From an uncultured Candidatus Rokubacteria bacterium (GTDB lineage: Bacteria > Methylomirabilota > Methylomirabilia > Rokubacteriales > CSP1-6): DNA of 64,000 nucleotides. Both the position numbers and the translations under genes were made by a program. How positions within the stretch are numbered: the first letter of the stretch is position 1; each line of letters starts with the position of its first letter. The DNA lies in the NCBI GenBank assembly GCA_963789955.1, contig CAWBMV010000001.1, forward strand, positions 352,001-416,000, in the 5' to 3' direction. Below the pieces are notes generated by a model. That model had not been told where the DNA came from and made no database searches. It saw only the letters and a program-made list of their open reading frames with translations. Below, in pieces: positions 28,723-39,091 of this stretch.

Positions 28723-29709
28723 ATGTACTTGAAGTTCTTCGGACTGCTGGAAAAGCCCTTCAACGCGACGCCGGACCCCCGGTTCCTCTACATGAGCCCG
28801 GGCCACCGCGAGGCGCTCGCCCAGCTCCACTACGGAACCCAGGAGCGCAAAGGCTTCATCGTGCTGACCGGGAAGGTGGGGACCGGCAAGACGACCTTGC
28901 TCCACGCCCTGCGTCAGCGGCTCGACGGCAACACGGCGGTCTCCTTCATCTTCAACTCGACCCTGCCGTTCGACGACATGCTCGAGTACGTCCTGGCGGA
29001 CCTCGGGATCGCCAAGCGCGAAGAGTCGCGCGCGCAGCGCATCATGGCGTTCAACAACTTCCTGATCGAGCGCGAGCGCGCCCGCCAGAACACGGTCCTC
29101 ATCATCGACGAAGCGCAGAACCTGTCGCCGGAGACGATGGAGCAGGTCCGCCTGCTCTCCAACTTCGAGACGGCGACGACCAAGCTTTTACAGATCCTTC
29201 TGGTCGGACAGCCGGAGCTCAAGGCCAAGCTCGACCTCCCCGAGCTCAGACAGCTCAAGCAGCGCGTCGGTCTGCGGTGTCAGATCCCGCCGTTGACCGT
29301 CGAGGAGGCTCGCCAGTACATCCGGAACCGGCTGCGCATCGCGGGGGCGCGCGATCTGGGGATCTTCACGGACTCGGCGATCGAGCGGATGACCGAGTAC
29401 TCCGGCGGCATCCCGCGGGTCATCAACATTCTCGGCGACCACTGCCTCCTCTTCGGGTACGCCGACCAGACGCGCAAGATCGACCGTTCGTCGGTCAGCG
29501 AGGCGATCGAGTACCTCGAGGAAGGCATGCCGACGCAGCGGAAGATCCTGTCGATCAACCGGGTGATTCCGCGGCGGCGCTCGCAGTGGTTCGTCAAGAC
29601 CTCGGTGGTTGCACTGGCAGTCGCGGCGACAGGGCTCGTTCTCAGCCTCGACGCCGGCGTGGGTGTGGTGAATATCTTCGAGACGCTCCGACGGGCGGTG
29701 ATGCCATGA
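28723..29709 (+). CDS. ExeA-like AAA ATPase of the EPS/PEP-CTERM cluster type
   Basis: MYLKFFGLLEKPFNATPDPRFLY, TGKVGTGKT, LIIDEAQNL, LVGQPEL, SGGIPRVIN. Confidence 0.9.
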   Translation: MYLKFFGLLEKPFNATPDPRFLYMSPGHREALAQLHYGTQERKGFIVLTGKVGTGKTTLLHALRQRLDGNTAVSFIFNSTLPFDDMLEYVLADLGIAKREESRAQRIMAFNNFLIERERARQNTVLIIDEAQNLSPETMEQVRLLSNFETATTKLLQILLVGQPELKAKLDLPELRQLKQRVGLRCQIPPLTVEEARQYIRNRLRIAGARDLGIFTDSAIERMTEYSGGIPRVINILGDHCLLFGYADQTRKIDRSSVSEAIEYLEEGMPTQRKILSINRVIPRRRSQWFVKTSVVALAVAATGLVLSLDAGVGVVNIFETLRRAVMP

Positions 29710-30772
29710 GCAAGTTCTTCAAGGCGCTCGAGCAGGCCGAGCGAGACAGCGCACAGCAGGAATCGCCGGAGGCCCCGCAGGCCACAGCCGAGGCCGTGGC
29801 CGAGGCGGCGGCGAAACGGCGGCTGAAACGGTGAGCGAGCGGGCTCCCGTCGTCACCCGTTGGCCCGAGCCGGAGAAGGAGCAGCCGCCGGTCTTCACGC
29901 CTCCGACGCCGCGCGCCGTGAGTCAGGTCATCGACCCCCCGCGGCGGGTTGTCGATGCGCCGGGCCCGGTGTTCGAGCCCCCGCGCCCTTCGGTCGACGC
30001 CCGCCGCCCGGTCTTCGAAGCTCCGCGCCCGGTTGTCCAGAAGCCGCGAATCGCGACCGCGTTGCTCGACGAGCACCTGGTGAGCCTGCAGGCGCCGTCC
30101 ACGGCCGCGGCCGAGCAGTACCGCGTGCTTCGCCACCTCGTGGAGACGTTGCGCAAGCGCGCCAGTCTGCAAGTGCTCGGCGTCACGAGCCCCGGCGTCG
30201 GTGACGGCAAGACCGTCACGGCGATCAACCTGGCCGGCGCGCTCTCGCAATCGGACGACGCACGCGTGCTCCTGATCGACATGGACCTGCGGCGTCCCGC
30301 GATCGCGCGCTACCTCGCGATCGCCCAGGCCCGGCCGACCTTGGCCGATGCGCTGGGCACTCCGGGGCTGGCGCTCAAGGACGCCGTGATCGAGCTACCC
30401 CGCTTCAATCTTTCGGTGCTGCAAGCACCGGTGTCGGCCGCCTCGCCGTACGAGCTCTTGCGATCGCCCAAGCTCGAGGCGCTCCTGGCCGAGGCGCGGC
30501 AGCAATACGACTACGTCGTGCTCGACACGCCGCCGTTCGTTCCGTTCCCGGACTGCCGGCTGATCGCAAAGTCCGTCGATGGATTCGTCCTGGTGGTCGC
30601 GTCCAATCGAACGCCGCGCGGTGTCCTGGCGGAGGCGCTCAAGGCCATGGACCCGGAGAAGGCGGTGGGCTACGTGTTCAACGCCCATCGCTCGCGCCCG
30701 ACTCCGGAGTACGAGGACGCCAACGGTCACGGCCGGACGCTCGGTTGGCGGCACAAAGGAGAGACTTCGTGA
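29706..30772 (+). CDS. CpsD/CapB-family tyrosine autokinase (frameshift near 29830)
   Basis: MSKFFKALEQAE start; AAEQYRVLR, TSPGVGDGKT, LIDMDLRRP, VVLDTPP. Confidence 0.88.
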
Positions 30773-31752
30773 ACGTTGTCGCCATTGGCGGCGGGACCGG
30801 GCTCCCGGTTGTCCTCACGGCGCTGCGCCGTCATCTGGCGGCGAGCGACCACATCGCGGCGGTCGTGACGGCCGCCGACGACGGAGGCAGCTCGGGAGCC
30901 CTGCGGAAAGAGTACGGCGTCATTCCGCCGGGAGACATCCGCAATTGTCTCCTGGCACTGGCCCGCGTGGCACCCGAGGTGTCGGCGGCTCTCCAGTACC
31001 GGTTCGACGGCGGCGACGCCCAGCACCCCGTCGGCAATCTCCTGTTGGCGGCGCTCGACATGGTCGCCACCGACGGGCTGACGGCGATCAAGCTGGCCGC
31101 CGAGCTCCTGGGCGTGGACGATCTCGTCCTGCCCTCCACGACTGAGCGCGTACACCTGGTCGCCGACCTCGCGGACGGGCGGTGCGTGTACGGCGAGTCG
31201 TCGATTCCGCGAAGCGGCGCGGCGATCAAGCGCGTTCGCATCGATCCGGCCACGGCCACGGCGACGCCCATCGTGCTGGAGGCCCTGCGCGAGGCTGACA
31301 TGATCATCCTCGGCCCCGGCAGCCTCTACACGAGCCTGCTCGCCACGCTCGTCGTCCCCGGCGTCGCCGAGGCGGTGACGAGCTCGTCCGCGGTGCGGAT
31401 CTTCGTCAGCAACGCCATGACCGAGCCCGGCGAGACCGACGGGTACGGAACCGCCGAGCATCTCCAGGCGCTCGCCGCGCACGGTCTGCCGCTCAGCAAG
31501 CTCCACTACGTCGTGACACCGACCACGACGATCCCGGCCAAAGTCCTCGGACGCTACGCCTCCGAGGGCGCGGTGCCGGTGGATGCCGATTTCATGCTGC
31601 CCAGCCAGGGCCCGGTGACGGTTCGCGCCGACGTCCTCGAGCTCGGACCGGTCGTGCGGCACGACCCCGACAAGCTGGGGCCCGTTCTGCGCGATCTGGC
31701 GACGCGCCGTTGCCACACCGTCCGGACGTCACAGGTCGCCGCCGGGGTATGA
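30769..31752 (+). CDS. YvcK/GlmR (CofD-like, UPF0052) family protein
   Basis: VVAIGGGTGL, ADDGGSSG, PPGDIRNCL, HPVGNL, LGPGSLYTS, MTEPGETDG, RHDPDKL. Confidence 0.9.
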   Translation: MNVVAIGGGTGLPVVLTALRRHLAASDHIAAVVTAADDGGSSGALRKEYGVIPPGDIRNCLLALARVAPEVSAALQYRFDGGDAQHPVGNLLLAALDMVATDGLTAIKLAAELLGVDDLVLPSTTERVHLVADLADGRCVYGESSIPRSGAAIKRVRIDPATATATPIVLEALREADMIILGPGSLYTSLLATLVVPGVAEAVTSSSAVRIFVSNAMTEPGETDGYGTAEHLQALAAHGLPLSKLHYVVTPTTTIPAKVLGRYASEGAVPVDADFMLPSQGPVTVRADVLELGPVVRHDPDKLGPVLRDLATRRCHTVRTSQVAAGV

Positions 31753-32891
31753 ACGTGATGGCGGTGGCTCACCAGCTCCTTCCGGAGATGCGGCTCGGCG
31801 AGGGCGCGCTGTACGCGTGCCTCCTGGTCCTGGCGTTTCTGGTCGGCTCCCGAGCCTACGGCGGTGTGCGTCACTTTCGCGGTCGCGGCGAGCGGCTGCT
31901 CATCGTCGGCACGAGCCCGCTCACGCGCCGGGTCGTCGAAACGATCGCGCGGCATCCCCGTCGATACAAGCTCGTCGGCATGGTCGAGGACGGGATCGAC
32001 CTCGATCGCCTGATCGCGGCCCGGCGGCCGGATCGAATCATCGTCGGGTTCACGGACCGGCGTGGGCGCGTGCCGCTCTCCCGCTTGATCGAATCCCGGG
32101 CGCGCGGCATCCGGATCGAGGACGTCGTGGAGACGTACGAGCGCTTGACCGGCAAGCTCGCCCTCGAGCTCATGGCGCCGAGCCGCCTCATCTTCTCGCA
32201 CGAGTTCGCGACGGCGCGCGTGCAGCCCGTGTTCGAGCGGGCGCTCAGTCTCCTCGTGGCGATCGCCGGCCTGATCGTGCTGGCGCCGATGATGCTGGTG
32301 ATCGCACTCGCGATCAAGCTGGAGTCCCGCGGCCCGGTGTTCTTCGTCCAGCAGCGCGCCGGGCTCTATCGGATGCCGTTCAACCTGGTCAAGTTCCGCA
32401 CGATGCATCCGGTCGTGGGCCGGCACTCCGAGTGGGAGCGCGACAACTCGACCCGGATCACGCGGTGCGGGTACTGGCTCCGGCGCTTCCGCCTGGACGA
32501 GCTGCCCCAGCTGATCAACATGCTCCGCGGCGACATGAACCTGGTCGGCCCGCGGCCTCATCCGATGACGAACCTCGAGCTGCTCATGCTGACCGCCCGC
32601 AATCTGAGCGAGGTCTCCGGCGACGCGATCCCGTACTACTCGCTTCGCTGCTCGGTGCGGCCGGGTATCACCGGCTGGGCGCAGGTGCGGTACCGCTACG
32701 CGAACTCACTCGAGCAGGAAGTGGAAAAGATCCGCTACGACTTTTACTACCTCAAGCATCTGTCGGTCTGGCTCGACGTTCGGATTCTCCTCGAGACGGT
32801 TCGGATCATCGTGGTGGGACACCGGTCCGTTCCTCACGAGATCGAGGAGGCGTCCGCCGAGGCCGTGGACGCTCATCGGGAGAGTGCGTGA
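31749..32891 (+). CDS. Priming sugar (polyprenyl-phosphate glycosyl) transferase
   Basis: GPVFFVQQRAG, KFRTM, RLDELPQLIN, GDMNLVGPRP, RPGITGWAQV, YDFYYLK. Confidence 0.93.
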   Translation: MNVMAVAHQLLPEMRLGEGALYACLLVLAFLVGSRAYGGVRHFRGRGERLLIVGTSPLTRRVVETIARHPRRYKLVGMVEDGIDLDRLIAARRPDRIIVGFTDRRGRVPLSRLIESRARGIRIEDVVETYERLTGKLALELMAPSRLIFSHEFATARVQPVFERALSLLVAIAGLIVLAPMMLVIALAIKLESRGPVFFVQQRAGLYRMPFNLVKFRTMHPVVGRHSEWERDNSTRITRCGYWLRRFRLDELPQLINMLRGDMNLVGPRPHPMTNLELLMLTARNLSEVSGDAIPYYSLRCSVRPGITGWAQVRYRYANSLEQEVEKIRYDFYYLKHLSVWLDVRILLETVRIIVVGHRSVPHEIEEASAEAVDAHRESA

Positions 32892-34216
32892 TGCCTCACA
32901 CGGCCGTGACCGCGGCCGACCTCACCCGCCGTATCGCCGAGCGCTCCGCCCGCGTCGGCATCATCGGTCAGGGATACGTCGGTCTTCCGCTCGCGGTGGA
33001 GTTCGCGCGAGTCGGCTTTTCGGTGACAGGATTCGACACGAGCGTCGACCGCGTCAGCATGCTCAACGCCGGCCGGTCGCACACGCCCGACGTGCCGGAC
33101 GAGGCGCTCCGGGCGCGGATCGAGGTGGGGCGCTATCAGGCGACGACCGACCTTTCGGGCCTGGGCGAGTGCGACGCGGTCATCATCTGCGTGCCGACGC
33201 CGCTCAGAAAGTCGAAGGATCCCGACATCTCCTTCGTGGCCGCGGCCGCGCAGGAAACCGCCGAGCACTTCAGGCCCGCGCAGCTCGTGATCCTCGAGTC
33301 GACGACATACCCGGGGACGACTCAGGAGCTCCTGGCGCCGATGTTCGAGGCGCGCGGTGGCACCCCCGGCATCGACTGCTTCCTGGCGTTCTCGCCGGAG
33401 CGGATCGACCCCGCGAACCCGGCCTTCGCCGTGAAGGACATTCCCAAGGTCGTCGGCGGCCTCACGCCCGAGTGCGCCGCGCTGGCGGCGCTCCTGTACG
33501 GCCAGATCGTGGGACGCGTCGTCACGGTCTCGAGCCCGCGGGTGGCCGAGCTCGCCAAGCTCTACGAGAACGTCTTCCGCAACGTGAACATCGCGCTCGC
33601 CAACGAGCTCGCGCTGATGTGCCGGCAGCTCGGCGTGAGCACGCGCGAGGTGATCCAGGCCGCCGCCACCAAGCCGTTCGGCTTCATGCCCTTCTATCCC
33701 GGCCCCGGCATCGGCGGGCATTGCATCGGCGTCGATCCGGCGTACCTCGCGTGGCGGATGCGCCTGAACGGGTACGAGGCTCGCTTCATCCACCTGGCGG
33801 ACGAGATCAACCGGGCCATGCCGCAATACGTGGTCGATCTCGTGAGCGAGAGCTTGAACCGCCGCCGGCGCTGCCTCAACGGGGCCCGCATCCTGGCGCT
33901 CGGCATTGCGTACAAGCGCGGCGTCGGCGACACGCGCGAATCGCCGGCCCTCGAGGTCATGGCACGCCTGATCGGCCGCGACGCTGTCGTGGAGTACGCC
34001 GATCCGCACGTGCCTGAGATCGCCTTCGAGGGGCACTCGCTGAAGGCCGTCGAGGTGACGGACGAGCGGCTCGCGGAGGCGGACTGCGTGGTGATCCTCA
34101 CGGACCATCAGGAGTTCGACTACGCCCGGATCGTCGAGACCTCGTCGCTGGTCGTGGACACGCGCGGGGCGACCCACACGATCGCGGCGCCGGCCGATCG
34201 GGTCGTGGCGCTCTGA
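32891..34216 (+). CDS. UDP-N-acetylhexosamine 6-dehydrogenase (WecC/WbpA-like)
   Basis: GQGYVGLPLA, CVPTPL, ESTTYPGTT, SPERIDP, PGPGIGGHCI, DTRESP. Confidence 0.92.
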   Translation: MPHTAVTAADLTRRIAERSARVGIIGQGYVGLPLAVEFARVGFSVTGFDTSVDRVSMLNAGRSHTPDVPDEALRARIEVGRYQATTDLSGLGECDAVIICVPTPLRKSKDPDISFVAAAAQETAEHFRPAQLVILESTTYPGTTQELLAPMFEARGGTPGIDCFLAFSPERIDPANPAFAVKDIPKVVGGLTPECAALAALLYGQIVGRVVTVSSPRVAELAKLYENVFRNVNIALANELALMCRQLGVSTREVIQAAATKPFGFMPFYPGPGIGGHCIGVDPAYLAWRMRLNGYEARFIHLADEINRAMPQYVVDLVSESLNRRRRCLNGARILALGIAYKRGVGDTRESPALEVMARLIGRDAVVEYADPHVPEIAFEGHSLKAVEVTDERLAEADCVVILTDHQEFDYARIVETSSLVVDTRGATHTIAAPADRVVAL

Positions 34217-35436
34217 TGACCACCCGCTCGGCGCTCGAGCCCCGCCGGCCGTCGACCTCGCCCGAGGATCGGGTGCGGCTGCTCACCTTCACGACTCTGT
34301 TCGCGATCGGCGGCACCGAGCGCCACGTCGCGAGCCTGGCGGACGGCCTCGACCATTCGCGGTTCGATCTCGAGTTCGCATGCCACCGGCGCTCGGGAGA
34401 GTTTCTCGCACAGATCGAGGCGCGCGGGCTGGCCGTCAGCGAGTACCCGGTCACGCGGCTCTACGGCCCGCACGCCCTGGCCCAGCAGCTCCGCTTCGCG
34501 CGGCACCTCCGGCGGCGGCGCATCCAGATCATGCACAGCTACAACTTCTATCCGAACGTGTTCGCGATCCCGGCCGCCCGGATGGCGCGCACGCCGGTCG
34601 TGCTGGCCTCCATTCGCGACACGGGCGCTCACCTCACGCCGCGGCAGCGGCGGGTGCACCGGCTCTGGTGCCGCCTGGCCGATCACGTCCTGGTGAATGC
34701 CGAGGCGGTGCGGGAATGGCTGACCGCCGAGGGCTACGACCCGAGCCGGATCAGCGTGATCCGGAACGGTCTGGATCTCTCACGCTTCACGCCGGGCGGC
34801 GACCCATCGTCGCTGCGCCGGGAGCTCGGGCTCCCCGACGGCGTGCCGCTGATCGCGATGCTGTCGCGCCTGAGCCGGTTGAAAGGCGTCGAGGATTTCC
34901 TGGACGCCGCCGCCACCGTGGCCGCGCGCTTCAAGGAGGCGCGCTTCCTCGTCATCGGCGGCAACATCAACCCCGACGGCAGCGGGTACCGGCGCGAGCT
35001 TGAGGAGCGGGCGGCCCGCCTCGGGCTGCAGCAGCGCGTGCTCTTCACCGGGTTCCGGCTCGACGTCCCCCGCCTGCTCTCGGCGGTCACGATGTCCGTG
35101 CTCCCGTCGCTCAGCGAAGGGCTCTCCAACACGATCCTCGAATCGATGGCGGCCGGCGCACCGGTCGTGGCGACACGGGTCGGCGGAACCGCGGAAGCGC
35201 TCGAGGACGGGGTGGACGGGCTGCTCGTTCCGCCGCGGGACCCGGCGGCGCTCAGCCGGGCGATCACCTGGGTGCTCGAGCACCCCGAAGCGGCCCGCGA
35301 GCTGGGCCGTCGCGCGCGCGCCCGCGTTGCCGAAGAGTTCTCGCTCCAGCGCATGATTCGCGAAACCGAGTGTCTGTACGCGCGGCTCCTCGAACGGCCG
35401 GCGCGCCGAAGGGCCATTGCGAGGTCCGCCCGATGA
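34216..35436 (+). CDS. Glycosyltransferase family 4
   Basis: IGGTERH, VIRNGLD, LKGVEDF, PSLSEGLSNTILESMAAG. Confidence 0.92.
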   Translation: MTTRSALEPRRPSTSPEDRVRLLTFTTLFAIGGTERHVASLADGLDHSRFDLEFACHRRSGEFLAQIEARGLAVSEYPVTRLYGPHALAQQLRFARHLRRRRIQIMHSYNFYPNVFAIPAARMARTPVVLASIRDTGAHLTPRQRRVHRLWCRLADHVLVNAEAVREWLTAEGYDPSRISVIRNGLDLSRFTPGGDPSSLRRELGLPDGVPLIAMLSRLSRLKGVEDFLDAAATVAARFKEARFLVIGGNINPDGSGYRRELEERAARLGLQQRVLFTGFRLDVPRLLSAVTMSVLPSLSEGLSNTILESMAAGAPVVATRVGGTAEALEDGVDGLLVPPRDPAALSRAITWVLEHPEAARELGRRARARVAEEFSLQRMIRETECLYARLLERPARRRAIARSAR

Positions 35437-36599
35437 CCACCGACGCGATCGTCGAGATCGAGAAGCTCGAGACCGCCGGGCAGTTCGAGCGACTCGCGGG
35501 CGAGTGGGCCGATCTGCTCGCGGCCAGTCCATCGGACTGCCTCTTCCTCACCTGGGAGTGGCTCTTCACGTGGTGGAAGCACCTCTCCGGAGCCCGGCGA
35601 CTCTCGATCCTAGCCGTGCGCGCGGACGGCGAGCTGGTCGCGCTCGCGCCGCTCGCGTCGCGTCCGCGGCGTCTCGAGAAGTTGCTGTCGATGGGCGCGC
35701 TGGAGTTTCTCGGCACCGGCACCGTGGGATCCGACTATCTCGACCTGATCGTCAGGCCCGGATATGCCATGCCGGCGATTCGCGCGCTGGCGGGCTCGCT
35801 GGTGGAGGCCGGGGCCGCGGTCCGATTCGCCCAGGTGCTGCCGGACGCGCCGAACCCGATGACCTTCGCCCAGGAGCTCGGGCGGCGTCAGTGGAGCATT
35901 CGCTCGACGAAGACTGACGTGTGCCCCTTCATCGACCTCACCGGCCATACCTGGGACTCGTACCTGGACGACCTCGGGTCGGCGCACCGCTACAACTTCC
36001 GTCGCCGGTTCCGCAATCTCGAGCGGCTCGGTCGCGTGCGCTTCACGCGCGTCGAGACCGAGGCGGACCGCGCGACCGCGCTGCGGGAGCTCGTGGCGCT
36101 GCACCAGATGCGCTGGCAGTCGCGCGGCGGCTCGAGCGCGTTCGATCGCCCGACGCTCGTCGACTTTCACGACGAGCTGAGCGCGCTGGCGCTCGCCCGC
36201 GGCTGGCTCCGGCTCTTCACCCTCCGGCTGGACGACATCGCGATCGCGGCCGTGTACGGGTTCCGCTATCGCGACACGTTCTCCTTCTATCAGTCGGGCT
36301 TCGATCCGCGCCTCGCGCGTGCCAGCGTCGGCCTCCTCGCGGTCGGCCTGTCGATCAAGGCGGCCGTGGAGGAAGGCGCCCGGGAATACGACTTCCTGCA
36401 CGGCGACGAAGCCTACAAGTTCCACTGGGCGCGCCGGACCCGAGAGATCGGACGGCTCGAGCTCTATCCGCCGCACGTGCGCGGGCGGCTCTACCGCCGC
36501 GCGATCGAGGCGAGTCGCGTCGCCCGCCGGACGGCCCGGTGCGTTCTGCCCGACGCGGTGGCGCAGCGCCTCGCCGTCGGGCTCGGGATCGGAGGCTAG
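35433..36599 (+). CDS. GNAT-family acyltransferase (CelD/BcsL-like)
   Basis: FLTWEWLFTWW, LVALAPL, SDYLDLI, YQSGFD, YDFLHGDEAYK. Confidence 0.85.
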   Translation: MTTDAIVEIEKLETAGQFERLAGEWADLLAASPSDCLFLTWEWLFTWWKHLSGARRLSILAVRADGELVALAPLASRPRRLEKLLSMGALEFLGTGTVGSDYLDLIVRPGYAMPAIRALAGSLVEAGAAVRFAQVLPDAPNPMTFAQELGRRQWSIRSTKTDVCPFIDLTGHTWDSYLDDLGSAHRYNFRRRFRNLERLGRVRFTRVETEADRATALRELVALHQMRWQSRGGSSAFDRPTLVDFHDELSALALARGWLRLFTLRLDDIAIAAVYGFRYRDTFSFYQSGFDPRLARASVGLLAVGLSIKAAVEEGAREYDFLHGDEAYKFHWARRTREIGRLELYPPHVRGRLYRRAIEASRVARRTARCVLPDAVAQRLAVGLGIGG

Positions 36600-37694
36600 G
36601 TGACCACCATGGGACGCGCCCACCTCAAGACAGGACTGGCGCTCATGCTCGGCGCCACGCGGACCGACCGCCTGATCCGGCTCATGTCCGGCACGCGCCG
36701 GATGCCGCTGGTCGTCGGCTATCACCGGGTCGTCGACGACAGCCACCGGCGCCGCGCGTCGATCATCGCGCCCATGCTGGTGAGCCTGCGGATGTTCGAG
36801 CGTCAGCTCGACTGGATCGGCCGCCGCTTCCGGTTCGTCTCGCTCGACGAGCTCGGCGCGCAGCTCGAGGCGGGCCGCGCGTTCGACACGCCGACCGCCG
36901 CCGTGACGTTCGACGACGGCTACCGCGATCTCTACGAGCACGCCTTCCCCGTGCTCAAGCGCAAGGGGATCCCGGCCGCGGTCTTCGTCGTCACGGACTG
37001 GATCGATCGCACCAGCGCGCTCTTCCACGATCGGCTCTATCTCCTGCTCACGCGCGACTGGGTGACGGCGCGCGAGGTGCTGCTCGATCTCGGGGTGATG
37101 ACCGCCGAGCAGGCGGCGCGCGGGCTCAACGAGCCGTTCGGGGCACTGCGGCACGTCCTGACGACCCAGTCGCAGTGGGGTCTCGGGCGGGTGACCGCGG
37201 CGCTCGAGGAGAAGCTCGCGATCGATACCGGTCGGCTCGACGGTCTGCGGCCGCTGAGCTGGGCGATGCTCGCCGAGATGCAGCGCGGCGGCATGACGGT
37301 GGGCTCGCACACGCGCACGCACGCGCTCCTCACGCACGAGAGGCCGGAGCGGATGCTCGCGGAGACCCTCGGCGCCCGTCACCTCCTGGAGGAGCGGCTC
37401 CGGATCGCGATCAACCATTTCGCGTATCCCGACGGGGCGTTCAACGCCGAGTCGGTCGAGACGGTGGCGCAGGCAGGCTACCGCTTCGCGTACACGACCT
37501 GCCATCATCGCGACCGCCGCCATCCGCTGCTGACGATTCCGCGCTGCGTGCTCTGGGAGAACTCGTGCCTCGATCCGGGCGGCCGCTTCTCGGCGGCGGT
37601 CGCGAGCTACGTCACGAGCGGCATCTTCCACTTTGCCTCCGGGTGCCGACACGGCGCGGCGCCGCGTCCGCCGGTCCCGATGGTGCTTCGATGA
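36600..37694 (+). CDS. Polysaccharide deacetylase (CE4)
   Basis: YHRV, VTFDDGY, GSHTRTH, FAYPDG. Confidence 0.9.
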   Translation: MTTMGRAHLKTGLALMLGATRTDRLIRLMSGTRRMPLVVGYHRVVDDSHRRRASIIAPMLVSLRMFERQLDWIGRRFRFVSLDELGAQLEAGRAFDTPTAAVTFDDGYRDLYEHAFPVLKRKGIPAAVFVVTDWIDRTSALFHDRLYLLLTRDWVTAREVLLDLGVMTAEQAARGLNEPFGALRHVLTTQSQWGLGRVTAALEEKLAIDTGRLDGLRPLSWAMLAEMQRGGMTVGSHTRTHALLTHERPERMLAETLGARHLLEERLRIAINHFAYPDGAFNAESVETVAQAGYRFAYTTCHHRDRRHPLLTIPRCVLWENSCLDPGGRFSAAVASYVTSGIFHFASGCRHGAAPRPPVPMVLR

Positions 37695-39091
37695 GCGAGC
37701 CGGCCTTCACCCTCGGGTCGGTCCCCGATCCCCACTGGTGGCAGCGCGCGACCGACACGCCGAGCGCGTCGGCCGCGACCGGCGCGGGCGTCGAGGGCGC
37801 GCACGCCGAGCCGGTCGACTCGGGCGCCGCGGGGGCGTCACTGCCGTTCTGGGCGCTGCTCGGCTTCACCTTCGTGCTCCTGATCGCCCCGCAGAACATC
37901 ATCCCGGCGCTGCAGCCCCTGCGTCTGGGGATGCTGGCCGCGGGCATCGCGCTCGGCGCGATGCTGCTGGACCGGCTCGGGCGCGGCCTGTCGATCACGC
38001 GCGTCACGCGCGAGATCAAGATCGCCGCGTGCCTCTTGGCCTGGGCGATCGTGACGATTCCCATGTCGTACTGGCCCGGTGGATCGTTCGCCTTGCTGAC
38101 CGACCTCTATCTGAAGACCCTGGCGATCTTCCTCTTGATCGCGAACGTCGTGAGCACCACCGATCGTCTCCGCAAGGTCGCGTGGGCGTTGACGCTCATG
38201 AGCATCCCGCTCGCGACGAAGGGCATCCAGAACTACCTGTCGGGCGTGTACGTCCACGGCGGCGTGGACCAGGCCGTGAAGCGGATCGTCGGCTACGACG
38301 CGCCGCTCACGCAGAATCCGAACGACCTCGCGCTCGTGCTCAACCTGATCCTTCCGCTGACGGTTGCGCTGCTGCTGATCACGCCGACCGGCGTGGCGCG
38401 CGCCTCGTTGTTCGGCGTGATGGCGCTCCAGGTGGTGGGCATCATGGTCACGTTCTCGCGCGCCGGCTTTCTGACGTTCGCCACGACGCTCGTCGTCTCG
38501 GTGCTGACGTCGTCCGGGAGGCTGGACCGGCGCTGGACCTGGGGGGTGCTGATCCTCGCGATGATCTGTGTGCCGTTGTTACCCGCCGACTACGTGAGCC
38601 ATCTGTTCACGATCACCGACGTGGACAGCGATCCGACCGGCTCGGGTCAAGCGCGGTGGGCGCAGCAGGTCGCCGCCGTCGGGTACGTCATGGGCCATCC
38701 GCTGGTGGGCGCCGGGCTCGGTCAAAACAGTCTGGCGATGAACGAAGTCCTCGGGCCGGCGTGGCTCATGGTGCACAACGCCTATCTCGAGTACGCGATC
38801 GATCTCGGGCTGCCCGGGCTCGTCCTCTTTCTCCTCCTGTTCGTCGGCAGCGTCCGCAGCGCCGGCCGCGCCGCACGCCTCGCCGCGGCTCGCCCGGGTG
38901 GTCACGAGCTGAGCATCCTGGCCAACGGGATCCGCGTGAGCCTGCTGGCGTTCGCGGCGGCGGCGTTCTTCTCGCCGGTCGCGTATCACTTCCACTTCTA
39001 CTACTTCGCGGGCCTAGCCCTCGCGGCCCTCGGAATCGCCGAAACCGGCGCGGGCCCGGCGCCCGAGCCCGTCGCGGACGAGCTGACATGA
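37691..39091 (+). CDS. O-antigen ligase / Wzy-like polymerase
   Basis: Multi-TM; NPNDLA, TFSRAGFL, HPLVGAGLG, VHNAYLE. Confidence 0.85.
   Translation: MSEPAFTLGSVPDPHWWQRATDTPSASAATGAGVEGAHAEPVDSGAAGASLPFWALLGFTFVLLIAPQNIIPALQPLRLGMLAAGIALGAMLLDRLGRGLSITRVTREIKIAACLLAWAIVTIPMSYWPGGSFALLTDLYLKTLAIFLLIANVVSTTDRLRKVAWALTLMSIPLATKGIQNYLSGVYVHGGVDQAVKRIVGYDAPLTQNPNDLALVLNLILPLTVALLLITPTGVARASLFGVMALQVVGIMVTFSRAGFLTFATTLVVSVLTSSGRLDRRWTWGVLILAMICVPLLPADYVSHLFTITDVDSDPTGSGQARWAQQVAAVGYVMGHPLVGAGLGQNSLAMNEVLGPAWLMVHNAYLEYAIDLGLPGLVLFLLLFVGSVRSAGRAARLAAARPGGHELSILANGIRVSLLAFAAAAFFSPVAYHFHFYYFAGLALAALGIAETGAGPAPEPVADELT

Noticed and set aside
28723..29709. ExeA-like ATPase as evidence of a type II secretion system
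   Set aside because: No secretin or pseudopilin genes; this family is routinely found in such EPS clusters.
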